Assembly: GCF_001194135.2 (NCBI RefSeq)
Contig: NC_068982.1
Coordinates: forward strand, 143,710,310 to 143,769,482
Source of the DNA: Octopus bimaculoides
Lineage: Eukaryota
Length of the DNA stretch: 59,173 nt
Direction of reading: 5' to 3'
Made by a program: the position numbers and the translations under genes. A model generated the notes under the pieces. That model made no database searches and was not told where the DNA came from. It was given only the letters and a program-made list of their open reading frames with translations. Shown here piece by piece: positions 13,400 through 25,838 of this stretch; the first letter of the stretch is position 1; each line of letters begins with the position of its first letter.

Positions 13400-14080
13400 G
13401 ACTGACAGGTACCAATTGAATTTTCCGAATGTGCCAATGTAGACATGGACAAACTGCATCATGTCATCCAGATCGTATCTAGATAGAGTACTCTGTAGGC
13501 CAATAGAGAAGGATAGTATAGGTTGTCCACATTTTAAAATCGTTGGTTACACAGACCACAAATTTGTAATCCGAACGGTCAATATAGATAGGTTTCGTAG
13601 GCAGGAACCCGGTTACTGGAAACTGAACACGTCGCTTCCAGCGCACTAAGCTTACAGAGACCGGATTAGGGAACTAGTTAAGCGAATGTTGACGTGGGTA
13701 ATCGTTAACAACAAATGGTAGTTCGTCCACAAAAGGCGATGTTAGTAGAATCGATAAGATTTAATGTGTTCGTAGCGATAAAGATAACAGGAATAGAGGG
13801 AAACTTAGAAACAGCGGTTAAGAAAGGCATCTGTAACTGACAGGCTTGCGGTTAGACTGGCTTTTGATCAATTCTTCGACACGAAGCTCGATGGTTGAAT
13901 TGTCAGAGCTAAGGAGCATGCTCGAAGACACGAAAAGGCAAAAGCCGTTCAGTAGGCCTGACGTGGAAACAAAGCCACAGTTCAGTCTTTGGCAGACAAG
14001 AATAAGCGCATATCATTCGACTCTAAGCAGATGAATACGGCTTTTCAGCGACTGTTCGGGACGAATGGCGGGTCAGAATA
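13400..14080 (+). mobile_element. Tx1/L1-clade LINE fragment (APE end and linker)
   Basis: ORF 13461 reads RSYLDRVL..YTDHKFV..PGYWKLNTSL, matching the RLDR, SDH and GYWKLN motifs of L1/Tx1 endonucleases. Confidence 0.75.
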
Positions 14081-14084
14081 TAGG

Positions 14085-14490
14085 ATGGATATTAATGCCT
14101 ATCTGGAAGGGCTGTGCTCGACTGGTACACATTTTATTGAAGCCGGAAAGACGAAAGACAAAGTCAACCTCGGCGGATTTGAACTGAGAACGTAAAGACG
14201 GACGAAATACCGCTAAGCATTTTGCTCGGTGTGCTAATGATTCTTCCACCTCGCCACCTAAACTCAGAATGTATTATTGGTTTCAAATTTTGGCACAAGA
14301 CCAGCAAGTTCGTGGGTAAGGGTATGCCGATTACGTCGGCCCAGTATTCAACTGGTACTTACTTTATCGACTCGGAAAGGATGAAAGGCAAAGTCGATCT
14401 CGGTGGATTTGAACTCAGAACGTAAAGACGAACGAAATGCCGCTAAGCATTTTGCCCGGCGTGCGAACAATTCTGCCTCCTCACCGCCTT
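14085..14490 (-). mobile_element. Two tandem SINE family A copies
   Basis: Core aaagtcaacctcggcggatttgaactgagaacg near 14160 and aaggcaaagtcgatctcggtggatttgaactcagaacg near 14385. Confidence 0.85.
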
Positions 14491-14521
14491 CTCTCAGAAT
14501 GAAATATTAAGTTCAAACGAA

Positions 14522-14734
14522 CACGGTGAGTTCCCAGAATCGCTAGCACGCCGAGCGAAACGCTTAGCAGCATTTCGTCCGTCTGCATGCTTTGAGTTCA
14601 AATCCCGCTGAGGTCGACTTCACCTTTCATCCTTTTGGAGTCGATAAAATAAGTACCAGTTCAGTACTGGGGTCGATGTAATCAGCTTACTCCTTCCTCG
14701 AAATAGCTGGCCTTGTGCCAAAATTTGAAACCAA
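14522..14734 (+). mobile_element. SINE family A
   Basis: Head cagaatcgctagcacgccgagcgaaacgcttagc, core gaggtcgacttcacctttcatcc, tail gccttgtgccaaaatttgaaacc. Confidence 0.85.
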
Positions 14735-16332
14735 ACTTAAGTTCAAAGGTGCTCATATTGGTTCCTGGTTACCAAACTTGCCATATATTTTCAATTTTTG
14801 GTTGAGCACAATTAACTTCACTAAAGCAGTAATGCTCTTTGGATAAATATTACTTCATCCCTTCCTATTTTCCCTGCCAAAAACAAAATATCAATATTGA
14901 ATGCAAAAGTAATAGTTTTAGAATAAAACGTAATCTCTCTTTGAAGTAGTTTTAATTCCTCGTTCTAAGCACCTCGGAGTTTGAGGCATTAATATAACAA
15001 TATTGTTTCCTTCTTTGTTCTACAAACTCAGGGCTTAGTGATTAGTTCAAAAGAAATCAGTATCAAGTTCATCAAGTGCAGTTTGGAATCAGCTAGACAA
15101 TAAAGATTTGCTGGACTGCAATAGTTATGCCGCTCAAAATACATTGTTCCGATCATGTAAAATAATTTATCCGCTTCCTAATGCCAACTAAACTACGAGG
15201 GAATAAAAACCCAACTCTTTATGTAATTTTGATTCTTGTAAGCGCAAGTTATTGCTTGCTCCACTCACATGTAACATCACATCTTGATTCTGTAAACTTC
15301 CTTTACACACTGCTTAGTGTAATCAATAATTTTTTTCTGTAATCATGCTTTTTATGTCTACCCCGACTACTACTTCTCACTCTCTCCCTTTTTCCTCTAC
15401 ATTTCTTGTTATAGATTCTTGTTTAATCACCTTCCCGCCACTTCGTAACAACGGATTTTGCTTATTTTAGTCATCGATGTTTTATTTTGTTCCACAATCA
15501 TCCTTTTCTCTTTTCTTTCATACGATTTTTACTCCTCTTTCCCCACTCTCATCTATCTATCTATCTATCTATCTATCTAACTGTCGTTCTTTAACATCTT
15601 TAAAAAAATTTCTTTTGTTTATTTATAACTTGTTTCGAGTTTGATTCCATTCCTTATTCTGGGAACTGCATTAAAAAAATATTTCACAATTCTGTCGAGT
15701 TACTGTTGTTGCACACACAAACACATGCATACACAGACATACACGCACACATACTCTCATATACGCATACATCGACACTCTCCTGTCTTTCTCGTTCCTT
15801 TTATTTTCTCTCGCCACTTGCAACTCTCTTTTCTCTCTCTCGCCCCCCCCCCTCCCCAACATTCCCCTTTACTCAAAGGAATATCTTCTTCTCAAAATTC
15901 AAATTTGAATAAAATTACTTTGAAATGAAAACCCCAGATACTTCATTAATACGAAGCAGATTTGCCACACAAGAATATTGTCAGTAACAATCCGATCATT
16001 TGTACTTGTTAAGAAAATGTATTACGTAAATTTCTGTCTAAGAACGACAGGTGAGGAAAGACAATAATTGCTTATAATGAATTACAGAGTGAGAATTTAG
16101 TTTAACATAGTTGAAGCGTATAAAAGATAATTTGACAAAATTACAGAACGCAGAATCTGCTTTTATACAGCTTGAAATAAATCTTGTGAAAAAAAAAAAA
16201 AGGAAATGTGTTTCAATTCAGCATGCTTTAAAAAAGTCTGATGGTAATAGTGATGATGATACTGATAGTCGTATATCTAGAACATGTCAGCCTGACATAG
16301 TCCATCTCTTTCCAGTAATAAAATAAACTAAC

Positions 16333-16517
16333 GGAATACTCGTAAATTACACAGTCTTCCCACTGACCACGGCGATAAACATCAGTATCATAGTTTCTAT
16401 TTATAGTTTGGTAGACAAAGTCACTTGAGAATTTGGAGTCTTGACCATGGACATAGCTTAGCACATGTGACGGGATATTAGCTAGCGAATTCTTGAACAA
16501 CGGCCTGGCACCATATC
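16333..16517 (-). CDS. Candidate internal exon of an unknown gene (phase 1 to 0)
   Basis: Acceptor ttttacaatag|GA, donor TCC|gttagt, 185 nt stop-free: (R)YGARPLFKNSLANIPSHVLSYVHGQDSKFSSDFVYQTINRNYDTDVYRRGQWEDCVIYEYS; non-repetitive, complex composition. Confidence 0.6.
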
Positions 16518-17384
16518 CTATTGTAAAACTCTAAGCATATTCTAGATTCTGAGATTTCTGAAACTGTCTCAATCAACGTATTAATAAGAATTTCGGTCTC
16601 AGATGAATGAAATGCAAAGTTAACTAAGATGAAATTTGAACTCAAAAAGGTAAAGAAACGATAAAAATATCACAGGGAATTATATATTATATATGTTTTA
16701 GCTACAGAAATGATGCCCACTCTGTTGAAAATTAAAAAAAATAATAATTTATATAAAAATAATTGTATTTTCTCTTAAATAAGCAAACTAACAGTTTTCG
16801 TGTATTTATATGAACCTACGACAGGATTTGAAACTTGAAGCTATATCCCAGCGTTATTTTGTTGACAGCTGAAGATATATTCGTAAGATGAAATAAACGT
16901 TGTAGCCTGTCGTTATTGTTGTTGTTTTGCTCAAGCCGGCCTTAGTTGAACAGACTTACGATCAGAGTCATTCCAGCTGTGACCATCTTGCCTTTCCACA
17001 AGATGTAAATGCTCCGTGGTCCATATCATCTAATGTGCCTTCATTCTATAGGATGGCATGGTATGGTTTGATGAACATTTAGATACTATTTTTAGTCGGT
17101 CGAACAACCACTTAATATTCTAAAGCAAATTTCATATTTACAGTTATTAAATTTATTAAATAATTATTTAATCTACATTGTACAACACAAAGATTGGACG
17201 AAATAATGGAATTACCACTTTTTAGTTAATTATTTATTCTATTGGAAAAATGACAAATTCAGAACTGTTCTAGTCCGCATATATGTGGTTATGTGCATTA
17301 GATATACCTTATACTTCATGATATAGCCCTTTGTTTTTCCGGTTTTTTTTTTTTTTTGGCAGATGTTTATTTTTAAGTGAATTA

Positions 17385-17700
17385 ACATACGTGACCTATT
17401 GATTTCCAAAGAGGACAAATTGCCAGAGCGTGAATGATTGGAGCTTTAGTCACAGAACTGCTGGATTGTTTGATATTTCGAGAGGTACCGTTTCTAAAAC
17501 CATGTTAGCATTCCGAAACCAAGGTAAAAGCAACTCTGCTAAGCATGATTCTGGACGGAAGGCAAAGCTCACTGAGAAAGGATGCGGACTAGCGATACGT
17601 ATCGTGTACAAAACCATCGAACTATGTCAGGGAAAGTGACAGAAAAATTAAGCCACCACCGGGCTTTTCGATTCTGAATTTCTTGAAGCAAAACCTGCTT
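17385..17700 (+). mobile_element. Tc1-family transposase N-terminal fossil
   Basis: DLLDFQRGQIA-like start, then LFDISRGTVSKTMLAFRNQGKSNSAKHDSGRKAKLTEK, the paired-like HTH with GRK AT-hook of Tc1 elements. Confidence 0.8.
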
Positions 17701-18226
17701 TCAATGTCTGTTACACGATAGGTCTGTAGCACCGTCGAAGTGATACGAACTATTGATTTTTGTAACAACTTGGTAGAAGGAGTAAGGGCATCATGCACGC
17801 ACAGGTGTATGCATACACACAACATACACACTCATGAGAGCTTAGTTTTTAGTTTATAAAGAATATTCATTCCATGCAAAAGAGTAATTACTCAATATCT
17901 TCAACCTTGGAAAAAAGAAAAAAACCTGCCAAAACTCGGTTAACGCCAAGCTATCAACATAGCACTTAAACAGAAAATTGAGTTTGTCAGAAATTTTTTT
18001 TTTAACTTTGAGTTCGAAGAGAAAAACTAATTAAGAATGCTCTAAGTGTTTCTAAGTGTTTCATATTATGAAATATTTACATATCAGGACACTTCATTAA
18101 TAACAGGAACGGAAGCTTTTTATCATTGTTACCTAATACGTATCTGCTATTAATAACATCACTATTAATTCCCAAACTTTTCGCAATTAAACATTACTCT
18201 TCGTTAGATACTCCAAACAGACTTAC

Positions 18227-18288
18227 TCTGATTACAGAAACACAGATATCGAAAATATTTTCCACTGGAAATATGACAGTCTACTCTC
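18227..18288 (-). CDS. Candidate internal exon (phase 2 to 1)
   Basis: Strong acceptor ccttgtttctgttgcag|G and donor CAGA|gtaagt; 62 nt; only one frame open: RVDCHISSGKYFRYLCFCNQ; its phase fits the 16517 exon. Confidence 0.6.
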
Positions 18289-18379
18289 CTGCAACAGAAA
18301 CAAGGCACAATCACTAACGATATACCCGCAACATGTCTAGCAACATAACATTCTCTCTCATTATGAGCAACACAAAGCT

Positions 18380-18625
18380 AAAACCATCAAAGTCGCCCCA
18401 AATGCGAAGCCTTTGCTAATCCCTCGAGAGACTAAGTTGTCGCTCAACCTTTCAGAAACAGCAGTCAAATGTCCCTAAAAAAAAACACACTGTCGTTTTA
18501 AATAAGAAGAAAAACATTAGATAACTTTCTCCAGTCGACACGCTACTGCAAATGGGATGGCCACGGCTAGATTGCTTATGATCATAGGTTTGCTTGATCA
18601 GAGTTTATTAGGGGTCTAAACAACA
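18380..18625 (+). repeat. Unclassified interspersed repeat; related copies near 4190-4400, 16900-17110 and 52130-52290
   Basis: Shared blocks such as gaaacagcagtcaaat / gaaatagcaactaaat and ggtttgcttgatca / tgatcaagcaaacct. Confidence 0.45.
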
Positions 18626-19360
18626 ACAGCAGCTCCAATAATAACACATCAATAAAGTATATCGAACCGTCACCTGTGAGAGAATATGACTTACCTACAT
18701 GTACCGTGTTTTTGTTTTAGGTATCTATGTAGTCATGTGCAGACGTATTCGCCTTCTCAGCACCCTCATTCTTATCCCAGATAAACATCGAGGGTATGAA
18801 AGCTAGGAGAGGGGTTATACCATCACTCGGCAACACCTATTACAGTAGAGCAGACTGAGGCACAAACTGAAGTGATTGGCTCAAGGACACAAAGCAGTGC
18901 TCCGTTCATGAATTGAACTCATGACCTTATAATCAAGAGCCTTCACATCACATATGTAACATTGCTAAAACTGTATCCAGAAAGCTTGACTTTCCCCTCA
19001 TGTTCATTAAATATTTCAATTCTAACCTTCCACAAAGTGCCAGTGTTCACTCTGCCGTACTACTTCTCTCTTAAGTGGGAGATAGCAGCTGCTATATACA
19101 AATATCTCCCCACCATCACCATCATCCCCTCCCCCAACTATCGCTTCCCACCGCCAAAATACAAAACAGAATTTTAAAAATCGTCCAACTGATGAACAAA
19201 CCTTCACTCACGAACACACAAAGGCCACACAACCACTGATGCAGTATATCATTCCCCTAACTCTTCTACTCCACTCTTATTACATTCAATTCCTGTTTGA
19301 CATGTCCATATAGTCGCGAGCAGACAAAGAAGACTCACTTGTCTCTCCACCCCGTCTCAC

Positions 19361-19434
19361 GTATGTCCTTGTGGAACACTCAAAATGTGACAACTGAAGG
19401 GTGACATGCTGCACCAGCATTCGTCTGGTACACG
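19361..19434 (-). CDS. Candidate internal exon (phase 0 to 2)
   Basis: Acceptor cttcagtctactcaactatag|C, donor CATAC|gtgaga; 74 nt: RVPDECWCSMSPFSCHILSVPQGH(T); phase fits the 18288 exon. Confidence 0.45.
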
Positions 19435-20220
19435 CTATAGTTGAGTAGACTGAAGTGCGAGCATCCGCCGTTGCTGTCGCTACTGCTACTCCCACTACTG
19501 CTGCAACAACAACAACAACAACAACAACTACTACTACTACTACTACTACTGCTGATGTTGCTGTTTAAGAAATTTTCGTTGCAACTATGTGGTGTCGGGT
19601 TCGATGTCACTGCGCGGTGTCATGAATAAATGTCACTTGGTACATACTCAGGTCGAATATAACCTTCTACGTAAAATTTGGCTGATGAAAACTATGGAAT
19701 TCTGTCAGAGGAGCCATTCCAGTTCTTGGATGTTAGACTCAATCCATCGTTCGTTTTAGCACACACGTCTGACTCTTGGTTGCCTTTAGCAGAGTCCACG
19801 CTGTTGCAAGCATTTAGCCAAGATATCTAGTCTCAGAATAACTTCCTATTTTTTCTCTTCACCTGCCTCAGGGACCATGAAAGAGGACACTGTCCTGTAC
19901 TTCCTCATCTGACTAAGCCATTAATTAAATCTGTTTCCACCAGTTAATGCTCTATCATGACGTTACTTGTAAAGGCTACTACAAATTAAAGAACTACCAT
20001 CAAAGCTCAACCGGTTCCCTCGTTATTCCTCCCACTCTGGTCATCCTTACCGTATCTCCTATAAATCAAACACTCAATACTCTACTTAGTTCCCCTCTTC
20101 CATACCAGAACTGTATCAAACCAGAATTCCCATCTTAACCACATGTTTTCCATAGAACAAACTTCAGAAATCCAAGCTAATTACCAATTGCATCGACCTC
20201 ACTGGTCTCAATAGGCTTAC

Positions 20221-20310
20221 GATAGTAATAAGCACTTCCCACTCTCGCTGCTGCTGTTGCTGCTGCTGCTGCTGTTGCTGTTGTTGCTGTTGTTGCTGTT
20301 GTTGCTGCTG
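20221..20310 (-). CDS. Possible polyQ exon (phase 0 to 0)
   Basis: Acceptor tttttctcttttagtagtag|CAG, donor ATC|gtaagc; 90 nt reading Q21-REWEVLITI. Could be only a microsatellite. Confidence 0.3.
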
Positions 20311-21151
20311 CTACTACTAAAAGAGAAAAACCTTCATTTATCTCTTCCTCTATTCTTTCTTGAGCTTTCTCTCTGCCATTTTCTTGTTGTTTCCACACAC
20401 ACATTAAAGACTCACAAAACACAAGCTCACACACTCACTCGTGCACACACACAGCTGTATTTGTATGTATGTATGTATTTATGTATGTATGTATGTGTGT
20501 GTGTGTGTGTATGTGTACAAACACATGCATTCATAGAGGTATCCGATTTTTTTTTTTTTTTATAAAGGTAGCAAATAATGAACAATAATTTTTTAACTAT
20601 TAAACCGATTCTCTTCGAGGTAATATCGTATACATTCCANNNNNNNNNNTAATGAACAATAATTTTTTAACTATTAAACCGATTCTCTTCGAGGTAATAT
20701 CGTATACATTCCATGACAAGGAGGGGGTCGAATTCACAAGAATAAAACTATTATTTAAACATCAAAACATTTTCTTTACAATTCATAAAATAAATGAGTT
20801 AGCTCTACTTTCGGGTTTTCATAACAAAATTTCAAACACAATTATGCTATTACATAAAGAAAACAATAACACGTCACACACATAAGAAACTCTTATGATG
20901 ATATCAAACTTCAAGCCAAATATTGTTGATTCTATTTGTTCAATGCACTGTTGGAGTTATCGTTTCAGCAAAGTGTCCTTTTGTTCTCTGTAGACGTTAA
21001 TTTCCTTCCTACCAAACTTACACAATTATGGATATTTGTGCAATTTTTAACCCTATCAGTTATCTGTTCATACAATACCCTATTTTACATTAGGTCGAAC
21101 ATTACTGTCATTGAGAATTAAATAAGGAATAACGTGAAACTAGTTCCTTAG

Positions 21152-21290
21152 GGAGGAAACTCTCCTACAGTTTTAGCAGAATGGTTTCAAAATGCAGCCA
21201 TAAACGAAGTCAGGATCGAAGCCCCGAGCACATACCAGCAATTACAGCAAACACAATCTAAATTTCAGATCGGCATTTCCACCATTCGAG
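21152..21290 (+). CDS. Candidate plus-strand exon of an unknown gene
   Basis: Acceptor tagttccttag|GGA, donor CGAG|gtattt; stop-free GGNSPTVLAEWFQNAAINEVRIEAPSTYQQLQQTQSKFQIGISTIR; visibly GC-richer than flanks. Confidence 0.35.
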
Positions 21291-21301
21291 GTATTTTTGC
21301 A

Positions 21302-21351
<50 letters not shown>

Positions 21352-21645
21352 GTATGTATGTACGTATGTATGTTGATACACAATGTTATGAAATCTTATC
21401 AAGTATCATAAATCCAATATTCGTTCATCTGACATTACTACGTTTATTGTTAGAGTTTGAAACTGCTGTACTTGTCATGTCCTGCACATTAGAATAGGGA
21501 AACGTGTTTAGTGTTTAGTTGCATTGAAATTACATGAGAATGCAAATACTAAACATGCACATGCACGCGCGCGCGCACACGACACACACGCGCGCATATT
21601 ACATACACATGCATCTCTCTCTCTCTCTCTCGACAACTATCTAGC

Positions 21646-21677
<32 letters not shown>

Positions 21678-21714
21678 TACATAGATGTGTACGAGCGTAT
21701 GATATATAACCTGT

Positions 21715-21755
<41 letters not shown>

Positions 21756-21782
21756 TACATACATACACACACACTCTCACAA

Positions 21783-21830
<48 letters not shown>

Positions 21831-22243
21831 TTGTGTATGAATGTATGCATGTATGTATGTGTGTGTGTGTGTGTGTGCATTACATTTGAGTTAGAAGCAG
21901 GTCTAATAATATAAACCTTATTGATGTCGCATACTTAATGCATGTCTCTTGTTTAAACGCTTACAGGCTGCAGGAAAAGTCCAGAAGAAAGTCCCTTTAA
22001 AATGTAAAGTATGTGACATCTATCTATCTATCTATCTATCTACACACGCACACACACACACACACACACACGCGCACACACACACACACATACACACATA
22101 TAGAAGGTGTTTTTGTTATGGCCGTGGCCATTTGAATCTAACGAGTCGCCTATGCAGCTGACCGGTCATACATAACAAAGAACCTTCTAAATATTACTAC
22201 TGTCATAGAGTGTGCTTCTTTTTCGGACATATGAACTGCTGAC

Positions 22244-22280
<37 letters not shown>

Positions 22281-22282
<2 letters not shown>

Positions 22283-22835
22283 AGATCTTCGAGTGGTGTC
22301 AACACAACGGACAACGAGCCTTCTCCAGACATCCCGATTGTATGCCTTCCTTCTGGCTCCATCCACTTGGGCCAACTCCCAACGCTATCAAGACGTACAG
22401 TGTCATGTTTCCCTTGATCTTCCGTTCGGTCTCTTTCCTCCTCCCGACGTTCACTCCATTACGATGGTAACATGTATCTCCTGCAGTAATCGAAGCACAT
22501 TGCTAGTAAACTGTATCTGCCACTCGGTCACCAGATCCTGCAAACTGCCTTTCTCGTCACCTTTGTTCCTCACACAATCCTAGTAAGAGATGCTCAGGAT
22601 TTAAAGTAGGCAGCGTCGACGGAACACGTCCCGCAATTGTGAGATCTTCTCTGTCTTCTACCAGGCATAAATGGCTGTTGGCATAACAATAGTTGAGTAT
22701 AGCTGCAGCTTTATCTTCTTACTGATGGTTTTCGATCTCCATATTGGAAGAAGGCGTTGGGATACTGACGTTGCTTTACCTATCCTGGTCTTAACTCCAA
22801 CTTCTGCAGCACTCTCATTGGAAATACAGTCTATA
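22281..22835 (-). mobile_element. RTE-clade LINE 3' fragment
   Basis: Reverse strand gives degenerate RT C-terminus (W.S..IS.KIKL, GRPRET..VRL region) ending next to a (TATC)n tract. Confidence 0.6.
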
Positions 22836-22892
22836 CATCCTCTAAAATCTTACATAAGACTTCATTATTCAATTTTATTATTAAATATTAGT

Positions 22893-23230
22893 AAAGGTGG
22901 CGAGTTAGCAGAATTGCTAGTGCGCCGGGAAAAATGCTTAGCAACATTTCTGGTGGCTTTATGTTCTGAGTTCAAATTCCGTTGAGGTCGACTTTACTTT
23001 TCATTCTTTCTGGGTCGATAAAATACGCACCAGTTGTGCACTTGGGTCGATGTATCGACTAGCACCCTCCCCTAAAAATGTCAGGCCTTGTGCCTCTAGT
23101 GGAAAGAGTTATTAAATAATGTTTTCTAATTTAGGTACAAGGACAGGACTTTTGTGGATTGGTGATAAGTCAATCCCATCGCCTCCAATATTTGACCGAT
23201 ATCTTATTTCATCGACCCCGAAAGGATGAA
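22893..23230 (+). mobile_element. SINE family A followed by an inverted SINE tail
   Basis: Head aaggtggcgagttagcagaattgctagtgcgccggg and core gaggtcgactttacttttcattc; reverse tail atttcatcgaccccgaaaggatgaaa near 23205. Confidence 0.8.
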
Positions 23231-23597
23231 AAGTATTATTAAAATCCTATATCCACGTAACATCACAATTATTCTGCTGATCTCTCGATTTCCACACATC
23301 CACAAACACATACGCACATTAACCAATACATACAGACATGCAAATACACACACACACACACACGATGTTTACTTCATCTCGTCAGATGATAAACGTCTTA
23401 TGGACGAGACATATGTACATCACAGAAATATAGTGACATACACTAGGCTGACAGTTATGTCACTCTCTATATACCGACAGCTAAATATCCAGCGTCAATC
23501 AATACTAAGGTAACCGAAAGCTATTTCAACAGGAGGTTTTATATCAGAATCTTCCCTTAAACTTTGCCACTTAATGAATACTCATTAGTGGCATGAA

Positions 23598-23630
<33 letters not shown>

Positions 23631-23822
23631 NNNNNNNNNNNNNNNNNNNNNNNNNNNNNNNNNNNNNNNNNNNNNNNNNNNNNNNNNNNNNNNNNNNNNN
23701 NNNNNNNNNNNNNNNNNNNNNNNNNNNNNNNNNNNNNNNNNNNNNNNNNNNNNNNNNNNNNNNNNNNNATATATATATGTAATATGCATACATACATACA
23801 CTTTATATATACAATATATAGT

Positions 23823-24117
23823 GAAGGTGTGTGGCTTAGTGATTATCGCAAAGTCGTGAGTTCAATTTCCAGCAACGCGATATGCCTTTGAGCAAGACAC
23901 TTTATTTCACGTTGCTCTAGTCCACTTTGCTGGAATGAATGAGTTTCAAAGGGCCAGCCTTGTCATACTCTGTGTCACGCTGAATTTCTCTGGGAACTAC
24001 GTTGAGGGTGCACGTGTCTGTTGAGTGCTCAGCCACTTGCACATAAATTTCACGAGCAGGCTGTTCCGTTGATCGAATCAACAAGAACCCTCATTGTTGT
24101 AACCGACGGAGTGCCAG
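23823..24117 (+). mobile_element. tRNA-derived SINE family C
   Basis: A-box tggcttagtg, B-box gagttcaattt, body caaagggccagccttgtcatactctgtgtcacgctgaat, end aaccgacggagtgcc; same family at 32578 and 46154. Confidence 0.85.
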
Positions 24118-24164
24118 TAATAGTATATATTAGACACTGGGTACGAAAACTGCATTGGAAGAGA

Positions 24165-24725
24165 TGCAAAAAGCAATTCGTTGGTTACCTAGTGGTAAAA
24201 TCTATTGGCTCAGACTCCGTCCCAGCTGAATTTTACGAAGGAGGTGCTATGGTTTTGGCAAAGAGACCTCATCAGCTATTTCATCTCATATTGCAGTATG
24301 AGACAGTTCCGCAGAACTTCAAGAATGCCTCCATTATACACTTTAATAGAAATCGTCAGGTCTGTAACAACTATCATGGAATGTTATTGTTGTCCGTTGC
24401 AGGCAAGCCCAGGCTATAGTTCTGCTCAATCGCATCACCGTACATCTTGAACAAGGCTTCCTGTCAGAGAGCCAGTGTGGCTTCTGAAAAGAAGAGCAAC
24501 TGTCGACATGGTGTTTGCTGCTAGACAGCTTCAAGAGAAGCGCCATCGACAAAATACCAACCTGTGCTCTCTATATATGTTGATATGATCAATGCTTCTG
24601 ATACAACTACCTTTGGAAAACCATGGATGTACCAGAAGATTCATTGACTTCGTTCGACAGTTACGTCATGGCAAGTTGGCCAGAATCCAGGACTACAACG
24701 AAATATTTGAGCCAGTTCTTATATA
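24165..24725 (+). mobile_element. RTE/BovB-like LINE reverse transcriptase fragment
   Basis: DSVPAEFYEGG..ETVPQNFKNASIIHF..CNNYHGMLLLSVAGK, then ESQCGF (gagagccagtgtggcttc) and GCTRRFIDFVRQLRHG, collinear with RTE RT domains. Confidence 0.8.
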
Positions 24726-25171
24726 TAAGCTTCTGCTACGTCCTCTTGGATTTTCTCCATTTCATCTTTGTGCCACCCCGCTAAGTTCGTTCGATAGCTG
24801 CAAATTTGTGGTACATGTATAATCATTCTTTTTCTTCTGTTCGATAAATCCGTAAAACTTCGTGCCGTTATACATGCATAATTCTTTGTTGTATTCATAT
24901 ATCTTGTTTGTTTCTGTCTTAGTATACATTCGCTAGCTTTTTTCCAGAAGTTTAATAAGAGCTCTGGCGCCTCCAAAATTGAGTGGTATCAATGGTAAAT
25001 GGCGCGAAACCCCTATGATATTTTGGGTCATTGACAGACGAGGAAAAATCAGAATATTCTGTGGATCGTGTCTTTGCCTAAATTTCCCGTCCATTAAGTT
25101 TTCGTCTAGTTTTCCGTATGCTCTACTTTCGTCTAACTTTTTCCCCTCGTGTTCTTTTTGTTCAACCATAC

Positions 25172-25211
<40 letters not shown>

Positions 25212-25222
25212 ATGCATGTATG

Positions 25223-25272
<50 letters not shown>

Positions 25273-25280
25273 AAAATAGG

Positions 25281-25676
25281 GGTAGGTGTGGTAACCCCAT
25301 GATCCGGGTTCAGTCCCAATGCGTGGCATTTTGGGTAAGTCCCTTTTACTATAGTCTCAATCCGACCAAAGTCTTATGAGTGGATTTCGTAGATGGAAAC
25401 TAAAAGTAGCCCGTCGTATAAATATATGTATATATTTATATGTGCATCTTTACGGGTGTGTTTGTCCCCACAACCGCTTGACAACCGGTGTTGGTGTTGT
25501 TTATGCCCCCGTAACTTAGCAGTTCGGCAAAACAGACCGATAGAATAAGAACTAGACTTAAAAGAAATAATAAGGCCTGGGGCCCATCCATTCGACTGAA
25601 AATTCTTCAAGGTGGTGCTTCAGCATGGTGACAGTCAAATGACTGAAATAAGTAAAAGTTAAAAGATAAAAGATAG
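25281..25676 (+). mobile_element. SINE family B
   Basis: B-box gggttcagtccc, body gaccaaagtcttatgagtggatttcgtagatggaaact and ccccgtaacttagcagttcggcaaaacagaccgatagaataag, tail gtaaaagttaaaag. Confidence 0.85.
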
Positions 25677-25792
25677 TGTATATGTATATGTATATATATA
25701 TATTTATATTTATATATGTATATATGTATGTGTGTGTGTGTGTGTGTACATGTAATATATATATATATGTATAATATATATATTTGTGCGCA

Positions 25793-25838
<46 letters not shown>

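Noticed and set aside
15269-15289. 21-nt phase 0-0 exon candidate (NQDVMLH) with gtgagt donor
   Set aside because: Acceptor lacks a pyrimidine tract; not distinguishable from chance.
19286-19495. ORF ending in DYMDM (YxxM-like motif)
   Set aside because: Begins in a microsatellite, has no compatible splice context, and overlaps a better-supported exon in another frame.
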